Notes: a model not told the origin generated them from the letters alone. DNA of 64,000 bases from Eubacteriales bacterium (GCA_050874385.1 JBNMKO010000003.1:5133-69132), one strand, 5' to 3'; shown: positions 37,699 through 47,695, counted from the first letter of the stretch. Made by a program: numbers and translations.

Positions 37699-39483
37699 AT
37701 GAAAAAGATAATAGAGCTTTTAAATGAGGAGCTGAAGGCTGCATTTTCAGCGTGCGGCTATGATGAAAAATATGCCAAGGTTGTTGTGTCTAACAGACCT
37801 GATTTATGCCAGTATCAGTGCAACGGCTGTATGGCAGCAGCCAAGGAATACAAGAAAGCACCTGCAATTATTGCGGGTGAGGTGGTGGAAAAGCTTGCCG
37901 CAAGCAGCACATTTTCCAAGGTTGAGGCAGTCAATCCGGGATTTATAAATATGAACCTTTCGGGACAGTTCATTGCCGACTATGTAAAGGAAATGGGAAG
38001 CCATGAGAAGTTTGGCTGTGACGAGACAAAGAAGAACAAGACAATCATGCTCGACTACGGCGGAGCCAATGTCGCAAAGCCTCTCCATGTTGGACATCTT
38101 CGTCCGGCTATCATCGGTGAGAGCCTTAAAAGAATATGTGCATACAATGGCTATGACACTGTAGGTGACGTGCATTTGGGCGACTGGGGACTACAGATGG
38201 GACTTATCATCATGGAGCTCAAGAACAGAAAGCCGGAGCTTCCTTATTTTGATGAGAGCTTTACAGGCGAGTACCCGGCAGAAGCACCTTTTACACTCGC
38301 AGAACTTGAGGACATCTATCCATGTGCGAGCAAAAAGTCCAAGGAGGACGCAGAGTTTGCCGAGGCAGCACATCAGGCGACGGTTATGTTGCAAAGAGGT
38401 CATAGGGGCTACACTGCAATCTGGAAGCACATTATGAATATTTCCATCGCAGACCTCAAGAGAAATTATGACAATCTTAATGTGAGCTTTGATGTGTGGA
38501 AGGGTGAGTCGGACGCAAAGCCTTACATTGAGGATATGTTAAAGAATTTTGTGGATAAGGGCTATGCGCATGAGAGTCAGGGTGCATTGGTAATAGATGT
38601 TGCCGAGGATACCGACAAAAAGGAAATTCCTCCATGTATCGTGAGAAAGTCCGATGGTGCGGCGCTCTATGCGACAACAGACCTTGCGACAATGATTGAG
38701 AGAGAAAAACTTTATCATCCGTTTAAGTATATATATACTACAGATAAACGTCAGGAGATGCACTTTACACAGATTTTCAGGGCGGCAAAAAAGACTGGCA
38801 TCGTTCCGGAGGACACAGAGATGGATTTCCTCGGCTTTGGCACGATGAACGGCAAGGACGGCAAGCCGTTTAAGACAAGAAACGGTGATTTGTTGAGACT
38901 TGAGTACCTTATAAAGGATGTCGAGGACGCTGTTTATAACAAGATTAAGGAGAACCGCGACGTTGCTGACGATGAGGCAAGGGAGACAGCAAAGGTCGTA
39001 GGTCTTGCGGCAATCAAGTACGGCGACCTCTCAAATCAGGCATCAAAGGACTATATTTTTGACATAGACAGATTTACATCGTTTGAGGGAGATACAGGTC
39101 CTTACGTTCTCTACACGATTGTGCGTATCAAGTCAATTTTAAATAAGTATGCGCAGACTTTTGGCGCGGAGAATATCTCATTGGCAGACAGAATGAAAGA
39201 TTTTGTCGCACCGGAGGGAGCAAGTGAGACTGACCTTTGCCTGCTTCTTGCAAAGTTCTCGGAGGTTATAGAGAGCGCTTATGCGGAGCTTGCACCTCAC
39301 AAGATATGTAAGTTTATATACGATGTCGCAAATGTGTTCAACAGCTTCTACCATGACACAAAAATTCTCTCCGAGGAGGACGAGAAGAAGCGCAAAAGCT
39401 ACATTGCACTTATCTCGCTCACAAAGAGTATACTTGAGACCTGCACAGACCTTCTCGCAATAAAGGTTCCTGACAGAATGTAA
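37699..39483 (+). CDS. argS: arginine--tRNA ligase
   Basis: 594 aa. HIGH-type motif PLHVGHLR, N-terminal Arg_tRNA_synt_N-like segment, DALR anticodon-binding C-terminus ending in M. Confidence 0.93.
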   Translation: MKKIIELLNEELKAAFSACGYDEKYAKVVVSNRPDLCQYQCNGCMAAAKEYKKAPAIIAGEVVEKLAASSTFSKVEAVNPGFINMNLSGQFIADYVKEMGSHEKFGCDETKKNKTIMLDYGGANVAKPLHVGHLRPAIIGESLKRICAYNGYDTVGDVHLGDWGLQMGLIIMELKNRKPELPYFDESFTGEYPAEAPFTLAELEDIYPCASKKSKEDAEFAEAAHQATVMLQRGHRGYTAIWKHIMNISIADLKRNYDNLNVSFDVWKGESDAKPYIEDMLKNFVDKGYAHESQGALVIDVAEDTDKKEIPPCIVRKSDGAALYATTDLATMIEREKLYHPFKYIYTTDKRQEMHFTQIFRAAKKTGIVPEDTEMDFLGFGTMNGKDGKPFKTRNGDLLRLEYLIKDVEDAVYNKIKENRDVADDEARETAKVVGLAAIKYGDLSNQASKDYIFDIDRFTSFEGDTGPYVLYTIVRIKSILNKYAQTFGAENISLADRMKDFVAPEGASETDLCLLLAKFSEVIESAYAELAPHKICKFIYDVANVFNSFYHDTKILSEEDEKKRKSYIALISLTKSILETCTDLLAIKVPDRM

Positions 39484-39679
39484 TCATAGAAAAAGAATTA
39501 ATTCTATAGATTATTCACAAGTGAGGATATTGTGAAAGATACATTTAAGATAGTAAAAAACACTGACTTAAATGTATTATGATTTCACAATAGTTAAGTT
39601 ATACTGAACTATTAGAAAAAAGTAAAATGCACGTTTTTAATTAATATTTGTGCCACCGTGTGGCGGCATGGGGGAATTT

Positions 39680-41041
39680 ATGGCTAAAAATCAATCAAAG
39701 GATATGACGGTTGGAAATCCATTCCAGATTATTTTGTTTTTTGCGATACCTGTACTGATTGGAAATGTGTTCCAGCAGCTATACAGCATGGTTGACACGA
39801 TTATCGTGGGACAGAGCCTCGGAACGGATGCTCTCGCCGCTGTGGGGTCAACGGGTTCGCTCAACTTTCTTGTCAACGGCTTTTCCACCGGAATAGCCGG
39901 AGGCTTTGCGGTACTCCCGGCGCAGTTTTTTGGCGCAAAGGATGACAGGAGGCTTAAAAAGAGTGTTGGACAGGCTATAATGCTGTGCCTGTTCTTCACG
40001 GTGCTTTTGACGGCACTTTCTGTAATTTTTACCAGACCTATACTTGTGCTTATGAAGACACCTGCCAACATTATTGACATGGCGGACGTGTACATAAAGA
40101 CCATTTTCTGGGGAATATGTGCGACAATCCTCTACAATATGTGTTCGTGCGTTATAAGGGCGCTCGGAGACAGCAAGACACCACTTTATTTCCTTATTCT
40201 TGCGTCGTTTTTGAACATCGGGCTTGACCTATTATTTATAATAGTGTTCAAGTGGGGCGTTTTCGGCGCTGCATTTGCGACAGTGCTTGCACAGGGAGTT
40301 GCCGGAATACTTTGCGTGATATATGCTTTGAAAAAATACAGCATACTGCATCTGTCAAAGGATGATTTCAAGCTCGATTTTCCTATGATGGGAAAGCATC
40401 TTGCGATAGGACTTCCGATGGCGTTCCAGTTCTCGATAACAGCTATCGGAACAATTGTTTTACAGAGCGCTTTAAATACTTTCGGGTCGGACAAGATTGC
40501 GGCGTACACAGCCGGATGTAAGGTTGAGCAGCTTGTCACGCAGATAGGCCCGTCAATAGGTGTAACTATGGCGAACTATGCAGGTCAGAACCTCGGAGCG
40601 GGAAGGCTCGACAGAATAAAAAAGGGTGTCACAAGCTGCACTATTATGACGCTTGCACTTGCGGTTATATCAGCGATAGCGTTGTTCTTCGGCGCGGAAT
40701 GGCTGTCCGGTCTGTTCATATCGGGCGACCAGCCGGAGGTTGTGGCATCGGCTGTGACCTATGTGGACACGATATGTGTGTTCTTCCCATTCCTCTACAT
40801 GATATTTGTGTACAGAAATGTACTTCAGGGAGTCGGAAGAAGCTTTATGCCACTTATGGCAGGAGTTTTCGAGCTTATAGCAAGATGTATCGTATCGTTT
40901 ACACTGCCTGACAGAATGGGCTATGTAGGCGTTTGTCTTGCCGGACCGGTGGCGTGGATTGCCGCTGTCGTTCCACTTTGCATTGCCTACTATGTGATTA
41001 TAGGAAAAATGTCAAAGAAGAGCAGTATGGCACAGGCTTGA
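39680..41041 (+). CDS. MATE family efflux transporter
   Basis: About 453 aa from the ATG at 39680 (MAKNQSKDMTVGNPF). PVLIGNVFQQLYSMVDTIIVGQSLGTDALAAVG signature. Confidence 0.9.
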   Translation: MAKNQSKDMTVGNPFQIILFFAIPVLIGNVFQQLYSMVDTIIVGQSLGTDALAAVGSTGSLNFLVNGFSTGIAGGFAVLPAQFFGAKDDRRLKKSVGQAIMLCLFFTVLLTALSVIFTRPILVLMKTPANIIDMADVYIKTIFWGICATILYNMCSCVIRALGDSKTPLYFLILASFLNIGLDLLFIIVFKWGVFGAAFATVLAQGVAGILCVIYALKKYSILHLSKDDFKLDFPMMGKHLAIGLPMAFQFSITAIGTIVLQSALNTFGSDKIAAYTAGCKVEQLVTQIGPSIGVTMANYAGQNLGAGRLDRIKKGVTSCTIMTLALAVISAIALFFGAEWLSGLFISGDQPEVVASAVTYVDTICVFFPFLYMIFVYRNVLQGVGRSFMPLMAGVFELIARCIVSFTLPDRMGYVGVCLAGPVAWIAAVVPLCIAYYVIIGKMSKKSSMAQA

Positions 41042-41878
41042 CAATTCAACGGGAATAATACTTTTGCTATCAAACTGAAAACACTTTTTGCATGATGAAA
41101 TGTCAGGTGAACGCAGTGTGGTATCACCAAAAAATACATTATTGTCTTTATAACTATTATTACAGTTTATATTATCAGTTAGAACCCCAACACCTTGTTG
41201 TTGATGTTGAGGGGATGCACAAAAGGCAGTCGACAAAAAAGCGGCTGTCTTTTTTTGTGCATTGTCTGTCTTGTCAGATTTGGAGCAAGCATTTAAAGTG
41301 TCCGGGTACAGCACAGGCGTAGTTACAATAGTAACATTGCTGTTGCAAAGAAATTCCTTTGACATGTAATCGCAGTCGGCAAAGCTCTTTGTTATGCCGT
41401 CACCTGTGAGTTTCGTGTAAGCCTCATATCTGCTCCAGAATGTTGAGAACTCCTCGTCATTCATGGCATGCGGAATACGCCTTAAAACGGCGGGAGAAGG
41501 ACGACGTATGTCCTGAATGTCAACACCCACCTCAAAAGGCGCAATCGCACACGCAATCGCAGTGCGGCAGTGGCTTATGTTAAAAAATATATCGTTGTAT
41601 GGTTCACTAAGAGCCGGCTTTCCGTTGCAGCCATACGAAAAATTAATTGAATTTCCTATGTAATCTATGTCTTTCACCTGAAAACGATGCGGATATTCCA
41701 TCAAAAGCCCATGGCACAACAAAATAAAGGACAGTGCGCTCACAGCTCTTTCCCTTATGGGAATGATGTTTTCTGCCTTTTTGCGCCTGAATTTGGGCAG
41801 AAAAGGCGCGATATTGCTATATATTTTTTCATAATCCGATGTTTCAAAATGTCGAGGAAAAATAGTATAATAAACCAT
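41012..41878 (-). CDS. Sfp-type 4-prime-phosphopantetheinyl transferase with an atypical low-complexity C-terminal tail
   Basis: GKP, FNISHC, GVDIQ and WSRYEAYTKLTGDGI motifs lie within the first about 190 aa. The last about 90 aa are low complexity and overlap a terminator hairpin and the 3-prime end of the convergent MATE gene. Confidence 0.7.
   Translation of the reverse strand: MVYYTIFPRHFETSDYEKIYSNIAPFLPKFRRKKAENIIPIRERAVSALSFILLCHGLLMEYPHRFQVKDIDYIGNSINFSYGCNGKPALSEPYNDIFFNISHCRTAIACAIAPFEVGVDIQDIRRPSPAVLRRIPHAMNDEEFSTFWSRYEAYTKLTGDGITKSFADCDYMSKEFLCNSNVTIVTTPVLYPDTLNACSKSDKTDNAQKKTAAFLSTAFCASPQHQQQGVGVLTDNINCNNSYKDNNVFFGDTTLRSPDISSCKKCFQFDSKSIIPVELSSLCHTALL
41227..41256. terminator. 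bidirectional-looking terminator hairpin inside the PPTase tail
   Basis: CAGTCG (41227-32) / CGGCTG (41242-47) with an A-rich loop, T-run on the + strand (41250-56) and an A-run before it. Confidence 0.45.
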
Positions 41879-41994
41879 GTTTTAACCTTTACTAAAGATG
41901 AGTAAATACTAAAAAATATTCTTTTTTATTTTCAAAATCTCTCTTTGTAAAACAGACAAAATTGTGCAATATTTTAAGCTGTTCATTTATAAAA

Positions 41995-42969
41995 TTAATA
42001 CGCAATTTTCTCCTCCCAAGGCAGTGTCCCATATTCATAATCTGAAAGCGATGGGCAGCACACGCGGATAGCTTCGGCAATCTTTTTCATTTTGAGACTT
42101 ACAGGTGTGTCCGCGCGTTTCATACATTCCTTCACCGTGTTTCCCATATAGTAGGAGAACAGCTCCGCGCGGTCTTCAAGGCGGTTGGTTTTTGCATATA
42201 TGGATGTAAAATACTGGCTGTAGATATCGGTATCGGTGGCATAAATTGTGCCCGAATAGTCGGTTGTATCGTACAGGCTTATATCGGTGTATTCGTCCGT
42301 GTCGAGCAGTTCGTTGTAATTGTCAAAATTGTACATTATACAGTATTCTATAAAGTGAAAAAGCTCATGGTGAAAGGCGAGCGTAAAGTACAAATCGGGG
42401 TTGTCACAGCTAAGAGCTATCTCTATGGAAGATTTTTGGCTGCCGTCCGTGTAGCCATCGGCACCGCCCAAGGTGTCAACTAGATTTATTGTGATTGGCG
42501 AATACGCATTGAGGTCAGAAAAAAGGCTTGAAGGATATCTTTTGAGACATGTTTCAAGCAGATTAAGCCGTGATGCAACAAGCTTATCGTCAGTGATACC
42601 GGTTCCGGAAGTGCCATAGTTCCATGTAACGTCAGAGCCATAGCAGATATTTACGCCGTATGTGCTGTTGAGACGTTCAAGGGTGAGGGCGTTTTTCTCG
42701 GAAGGTGTGAGAGCGGCGATGTCATTTTCAGGCAAAGTTTCGGCAGAGCCGGATGGCTCATTGGTGGAAGCGTCCGTGTTGCGTTCTTCATCGGAGAGTG
42801 TCTCGCGGGCGGCGTATGATGGTGCGTCGGATGACGGAAGTTGTCCGCTTAATGCGTTAGTTCTGTTACATGCGGATATGACAAATAGTACTGCCAAAGT
42901 AGACAGTACACATAATGTTTTATGAAAAGTCCTGAGCAGTCTGCCGGACTTATTTTTGTTTTTATACAT
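41995..42969 (-). CDS. lipoprotein with an HExxH zincin-type motif (putative metallopeptidase)
   Basis: Signal peptide plus lipobox (FVISAC), Ser/Thr/Glu-rich linker, HHELFH motif. 324 aa. Confidence 0.55.
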   Translation of the reverse strand: MYKNKNKSGRLLRTFHKTLCVLSTLAVLFVISACNRTNALSGQLPSSDAPSYAARETLSDEERNTDASTNEPSGSAETLPENDIAALTPSEKNALTLERLNSTYGVNICYGSDVTWNYGTSGTGITDDKLVASRLNLLETCLKRYPSSLFSDLNAYSPITINLVDTLGGADGYTDGSQKSSIEIALSCDNPDLYFTLAFHHELFHFIEYCIMYNFDNYNELLDTDEYTDISLYDTTDYSGTIYATDTDIYSQYFTSIYAKTNRLEDRAELFSYYMGNTVKECMKRADTPVSLKMKKIAEAIRVCCPSLSDYEYGTLPWEEKIAY

Positions 42970-43139
42970 AAAAGGAAACTCCTCATTGTTCTATAAAGTA
43001 TATGTTAAAGATGCTGGGTGTAAGATACTATTTACAACAACATCTTTATATAGAATAATGTGAAGTTTCCCTTTTTTCAATACACAATATTTAATTAAAA
43101 TTTTCAAATTGTCGCACAGCTTTTGTGCATATATGACAG

Positions 43140-43826
43140 TTATTGCTCTGTTGCGATGCGCTTTGCATAGCTCATGGCTTTTTTTACAGGAGGGAGCATG
43201 AGAACTATCACAGTCACGACACCTTCGAGAAGAATGTATGCGTAGTTATAGCAGATAGGATATATAACGGCGAGATTTGAAGGGAATGAGTCAGGCATGT
43301 AATCCATCCAGTAGATATATCCGCCGATTGTGTGGAAAAGACCTCGCGCGAGGATTGCCACAATATAACCTATTATAAGCCCGTTCTTCTTTTTGTAGAA
43401 GAAGCCCGACACGCCGAGCGCCGCAAATGCGAAGAAGTAGTCAAGGCATGCCTGCATAGGCGAGAGTATGTATGTTCCGCCGCCCTGCAAAAACTGCATG
43501 ATACCGTATGCAAATGCACATGATATGCCAATCTTAGGGCCGTACCAGTAGCCGATGAGCGTTATAAAAAGCATTGAAAAGAGTGTTACTGAGCCGCCCC
43601 AAGGCATTTTAATCAACTGCACATAGGATGTGGCAAAGCCAAGTGCGAGCATTACGGCTGAAAATACAAGCTGCTTTGTCGAGAAAAGCTTCTTTTTTTC
43701 CTTGGATATACCGCCCGACAAAAAGGCTGCAAGAATAAGTAAAATTACCGCGATTACGATGAAAGCGATAATTCCGGCGGTGGTGAGGGTGTAAAAACCG
43801 TCCTCCGCGTTGAAGAAAAGTGACAT
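43140..43826 (-). CDS. thiT: energy-coupling-factor transporter S component, thiamine-specific (ThiT-like)
   Basis: 228 aa and 6 TM with a GGSVTL block, directly downstream of a TPP riboswitch. Confidence 0.75.
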   Translation of the reverse strand: MSLFFNAEDGFYTLTTAGIIAFIVIAVILLILAAFLSGGISKEKKKLFSTKQLVFSAVMLALGFATSYVQLIKMPWGGSVTLFSMLFITLIGYWYGPKIGISCAFAYGIMQFLQGGGTYILSPMQACLDYFFAFAALGVSGFFYKKKNGLIIGYIVAILARGLFHTIGGYIYWMDYMPDSFPSNLAVIYPICYNYAYILLEGVVTVIVLMLPPVKKAMSYAKRIATEQ

Positions 43827-43904
43827 AAAAAAATCCTCCTATGAAATATATTTCAGGAGGGGCCTACTTAGTTAGAAAGTTGACGACGTTGTAAATGTCA
43901 TAAA

Positions 43905-43995
43905 GCGTGCTTCCTTACGCCGGTATTAACCGGATCAAGTAGTGAGGGTCTGACAAGTGTCAATCTCAACCCATAAAGAGTTCCCCTAGCGGCAG
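43905..43995 (-). promoter_or_regulatory. TPP (THI-box) riboswitch
   Basis: The minus strand reads CUAGGGGAACUCUUUAUGGGUUGAGAUUGACACUUGUCAGACCCUCACUACUUGAUCCGGUUAAUACCGGCGUAAGGAAG. The GGGG, UGAGA, ACCC and CUUGAUCCGG..AAUACCGGCGUAAGGAAG elements are conserved. Downstream CCUCCU/AGGAGG pairing (43835-43866) can sequester the SD. Confidence 0.88.
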
Positions 43996-44013
43996 GCTTT
44001 GCCTGCATCTGAT

Positions 44014-44042
44014 ACTATACAGAGTTGTGATATTTTTGTCAA
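44014..44042 (-). promoter_or_regulatory. sigma-70 promoter for the TPP leader and thiT
   Basis: Minus strand: -35 TTGACA (44042-44037), 17-nt spacer, -10 TATAGT (44019-44014). Confidence 0.55.
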
Positions 44043-44261
44043 TATGTAACTGTTCGTAATGGGGATTTTGATTATAAACTCTTAAAAGATACTTAATTTA
44101 AGGTAATTTAATATTTTTTATTTTGAAATAAGGAGGCAAATGTGTTAATATTACATTTGTATGGACATTTTGGACAAGTGGTCATTTTTACAGAGGATTG
44201 ATTTTGTCATGTAAGATTGTGGCAGAATAGTTATTATAAAAATTATTTTGGAGGAATATTG

Positions 44262-45680
44262 ATGAACGCAGAAGTTAAGAAGAGCTTTCTCGTGAAGGGA
44301 AATGACTTCTCTGATATTAAGAGGGTGATTGGCGTTGTGAGCGGCAAAGGCGGAGTTGGCAAGTCGACTGTCACATGTGCTCTTGCGCGTCAGTTAGCCG
44401 CAATGGGATATAAGGTTGGAATAATGGATGCCGATATAACAGGTCCGTCAATACCTAGAATGATGGGAATTGATGAGCGATGCGAGGAGAGCGATATGGG
44501 AATTATGGCTCCTGAGTCGGCTGAGGGAATCAAGGTTATGTCAATGAACCTGCTCTTGCAGAACGAGGACGACGCGGTTATATGGAGAGGGCCTGTGATT
44601 GCGAATTTTGTCAAGCAGTTTTATTCGGATGTATGCTGGGGAGAGCTTGATTTTCTTCTTGTTGACATGCCGCCGGGAACGGGCGATGTGCCGCTCACGG
44701 TATTTCAGTCGCTTCCGGTTGACGGGATTGTGCTTGTGACATCGCCGCAGAGCCTTGTGTCCATGATTGTTAAGAAGGCATACAACATGGCTATGAAGAT
44801 GGACATACCGGTGCTGGGAATTATTGAAAATTACAGCTACTATAAATGCCCTGACTGTGGAAGAATAGAGAAAATATTCGGTGAGAGCCATATCGACGAG
44901 GAGGCGCAGGCGATAGGAGTTCCTGTTCTTGCAAAGCTTCCGATAAATCCAAAGCTTGCCAAGGCTGCCGATGAGGGAAAATATTTTGAGTTTGAGGAGC
45001 CGGTTGACGTTACTCCTCTTATATCCAACCTTTTTGACACGGTGCTTTTTGACCTTGACGGGACGCTCACAGACCCTAAGCAGGGTATCACATCGTGTGT
45101 TCAGTACGCGCTTGCCGATATCGGGATAGATGAGCCTGACCTTGACAACCTTGAGGATTTTATAGGGCCGCCTTTAAAAGAACATTTTATTGAGAGATAT
45201 AATCTCGATGATGCCACGAGCACAGCTTGCGTCAAGAAGTACAGGGAGAGATACAATCCAATCGGTGTGTATGAAAATAAGATGTACGAGGGAATTGACA
45301 AGGTGTTAGAGACATTGAAGAGCCGTGGCATAAAGCTTGCCGTTGCAAGCTCGAAGCCTACCATGCTTGTAAATGTTGTCCTTGAGTATTTTGACCTTAT
45401 GAAATATTTTGATGTTGTCGCGGGAAGTGAGCTTGACGGTACAAGAACCAGAAAGTCGGATGTTATAAGATATGCGTTTGAGCTTTTAGATGAGAAGGGA
45501 TATTCACATGAAAGACCGATAATGGTCGGTGACCGCAAGCACGATGTTATAGGCGCGAGGGAAGTGGGAATACCTTGCATGGCGGTAGCTTACGGTTACG
45601 GCTCAATGGAGGAGCTTAAAGCGGAGCAGCCTGATTTTATCGCAGAGAGTGTTTGGGATATAGCCAAGATAATAAGATAG
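44262..45680 (+). CDS. fusion protein: Mrp/NBP35 (ApbC-like) Fe-S cluster carrier ATPase plus HAD-superfamily phosphatase
   Basis: N-terminal half has deviant Walker A GKGGVGKST and CPDC. C-terminal half (from about nt 45037) has HAD motifs VLFDLDGTL, SSKPT and GDRKHD. The ATG at 44262 follows GGAGG. Confidence 0.85.
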   Translation: MNAEVKKSFLVKGNDFSDIKRVIGVVSGKGGVGKSTVTCALARQLAAMGYKVGIMDADITGPSIPRMMGIDERCEESDMGIMAPESAEGIKVMSMNLLLQNEDDAVIWRGPVIANFVKQFYSDVCWGELDFLLVDMPPGTGDVPLTVFQSLPVDGIVLVTSPQSLVSMIVKKAYNMAMKMDIPVLGIIENYSYYKCPDCGRIEKIFGESHIDEEAQAIGVPVLAKLPINPKLAKAADEGKYFEFEEPVDVTPLISNLFDTVLFDLDGTLTDPKQGITSCVQYALADIGIDEPDLDNLEDFIGPPLKEHFIERYNLDDATSTACVKKYRERYNPIGVYENKMYEGIDKVLETLKSRGIKLAVASSKPTMLVNVVLEYFDLMKYFDVVAGSELDGTRTRKSDVIRYAFELLDEKGYSHERPIMVGDRKHDVIGAREVGIPCMAVAYGYGSMEELKAEQPDFIAESVWDIAKIIR

Positions 45681-45690
45681 GGGGCGACGT

Positions 45691-46569
45691 ATGAAGGATA
45701 CCTTGAAGCAGGTGTGGAGGCTGGCATATCCGGTTGTGATATACTTTGCTGTCGCGTTTGTGGTGCAGTTTGGTGCGATGCAGCTTATAGTGAACCTTGC
45801 AATCAGAAATGGAACGCTTGTGGCAGCAGGGGATGTGTACGATTATCAAAATCAGATAGCTAATCTTATAAACAGATACAGCCTTCAGATTACAGCAGCG
45901 ACGAATATTGTGCTTATGCCGGTATTTGCCCTGCTTTTGCGAAGTGATAACAAAAAGAGAAAGCTTTTGCAGGGATTTTCCTACAAAATGCCCGATATAA
46001 AGAGCCTTGCGCTTGTCGGATTGCTGGGGATGACGGCGGCGGTGAGCGTCAATGCGATTGTGTCCATAAGCGGTATTGCATATTTTTCCCCGAAATATCA
46101 GCAGGTTTCGCAGATAATTTATTCGGGCGGACTGTTTATGGAGATTGTGTCGGCTGTTATAGCGGCACCGATACTTGAGGAGCTGCTTTTCAGGGGAATG
46201 ATATACAAAAGGCTCAGGGATTTTTGCAGTGCAAAACTGGCAATAATAATCTCAGCAGCTTTTTTCGGATTGTTCCACGGAAATCTTGTACAGTTTGTGT
46301 ATGCATTCATAATCGGGTTGATGCTTGCGTATGTTTACGAGAAGATGAAGACTATATGGGCACCGATTGTATTTCATATGGGAGCTAATCTGCTTTCGGT
46401 GCTTATAACGGAGCTTATTCCGCAGAGTCTCTTAAATATCTTTGTGATTTTGCTTGCGATGGTTTTGTGCCTTATGCTGACTGTATTTTTATTGAAGTAT
46501 GTGTATGGATATAATGTCGGGATACAGCCGACAAAAAATGGTGAGGTGGTAAAAGAAAAGTATGAATAA
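45691..46569 (+). CDS. CPBP family intramembrane glutamic endopeptidase (CAAX protease-like)
   Basis: EELLFRG motif and FGLFH motif. About 8 TM. Confidence 0.85.
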   Translation: MKDTLKQVWRLAYPVVIYFAVAFVVQFGAMQLIVNLAIRNGTLVAAGDVYDYQNQIANLINRYSLQITAATNIVLMPVFALLLRSDNKKRKLLQGFSYKMPDIKSLALVGLLGMTAAVSVNAIVSISGIAYFSPKYQQVSQIIYSGGLFMEIVSAVIAAPILEELLFRGMIYKRLRDFCSAKLAIIISAAFFGLFHGNLVQFVYAFIIGLMLAYVYEKMKTIWAPIVFHMGANLLSVLITELIPQSLLNIFVILLAMVLCLMLTVFLLKYVYGYNVGIQPTKNGEVVKEKYE

Positions 46570-47587
46570 GAAGATACTCTCTATCGCTGTTCCATGTTAC
46601 AATTCACAGGCGTACATGGAAAAATGTATTGATTCACTGTTAGAGGGCGGTGAAGATGTTGAAATTATTATTGTGGATGACGGCTCGACGAAGGACGATA
46701 CAGCCGCCATCGCTGACAGATATGCGAAAGCTTATCCCACAATAGTGAAAGCCATTCATCAGGAGAATGGAGGTCATGGCGAGGCCGTCAATACAGGTCT
46801 TGCCAATTCGACAGGGGCATTTTTTAAGGTTGTAGACAGTGACGACTGGGTTGACAAAAGAGCGTATAAAAAGCTTTTGAGCATAATGAAAAGAGCACTT
46901 GCAAATGACGACGGGCTTGATATGCTTATATCCAACTTTGTCTATGACAAGCAGGGCGCACACCACAAGAAGGTTATGAGCTACCGCAATGTTTTTCCAA
47001 AGGACAAATATTTTACATGGCATGATGTTGGACATTTTAGAATATCGCAGTATATTCTCATGCACTCCGTTATCTACAGGACGCAGCTTTTAAAGGATTG
47101 CGGGCTTGAGCTTCCTAAGCACACTTTCTATGTGGACAACATATTTGTGTTCAATCCGCTTCCTTATGTGAAGAAGATGTACTACACGGATGTGGTATTC
47201 TATCATTATTTTATCGGAAGGGATGACCAGTCGGTAAATGAGTCGGTTATGATAAAGAGAATTGACCAGCAGTTGAGGGTCAACAGAATTATGATTGACT
47301 ACTTTGATTATGATGCGATAAGCGAGCGTCCATGTATGAAGTACATGCAGAATTATGTGAATATAATGATGACGATATCGTCCGCATTTTGTGTCCTTTC
47401 AAGGGATGAGGAAAATTATAAAAAGAAGCATGAGCTTTGGATGTATTTAAAAGAAAAAAATCCGGTACTGTACAAAAATCTCAAGCATAGCTTGATGGGA
47501 ATTGCACTGAGCTGGGAGGGAAAGCTTGCGAGGGCTGTCCAGAGATTGGGCTACAAGCTTTTCCAGAAGATAATAGGATTTAATTAG
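46562..47587 (+). CDS. family 2 glycosyltransferase
   Basis: SIAVPCYNSQAYM, IIIVDDGS and DSDD (DxD) motifs. 8-nt overlap with the CPBP gene. Confidence 0.85.
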   Translation: MNKKILSIAVPCYNSQAYMEKCIDSLLEGGEDVEIIIVDDGSTKDDTAAIADRYAKAYPTIVKAIHQENGGHGEAVNTGLANSTGAFFKVVDSDDWVDKRAYKKLLSIMKRALANDDGLDMLISNFVYDKQGAHHKKVMSYRNVFPKDKYFTWHDVGHFRISQYILMHSVIYRTQLLKDCGLELPKHTFYVDNIFVFNPLPYVKKMYYTDVVFYHYFIGRDDQSVNESVMIKRIDQQLRVNRIMIDYFDYDAISERPCMKYMQNYVNIMMTISSAFCVLSRDEENYKKKHELWMYLKEKNPVLYKNLKHSLMGIALSWEGKLARAVQRLGYKLFQKIIGFN

Positions 47588-47614
47588 AAAGAATTTTTCA
47601 CAGCAAATAAAAAG

Positions 47615-47683
47615 GACGCGCCGCAATAGAACATTCTGCTTTAGCGTAATGCAGGTGTACTATTGCGGAAGCGTCTTGCTTTG
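47615..47683. terminator. long hairpin between convergent genes (possible bidirectional terminator)
   Basis: GACGCgCCGCAATAG (47615-29) pairs with CTATTGCGGaaGCGTC (47660-75), followed by TTGCTTTG. Confidence 0.4.
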
Positions 47684-47695
47684 ATTGGCTTTAGC

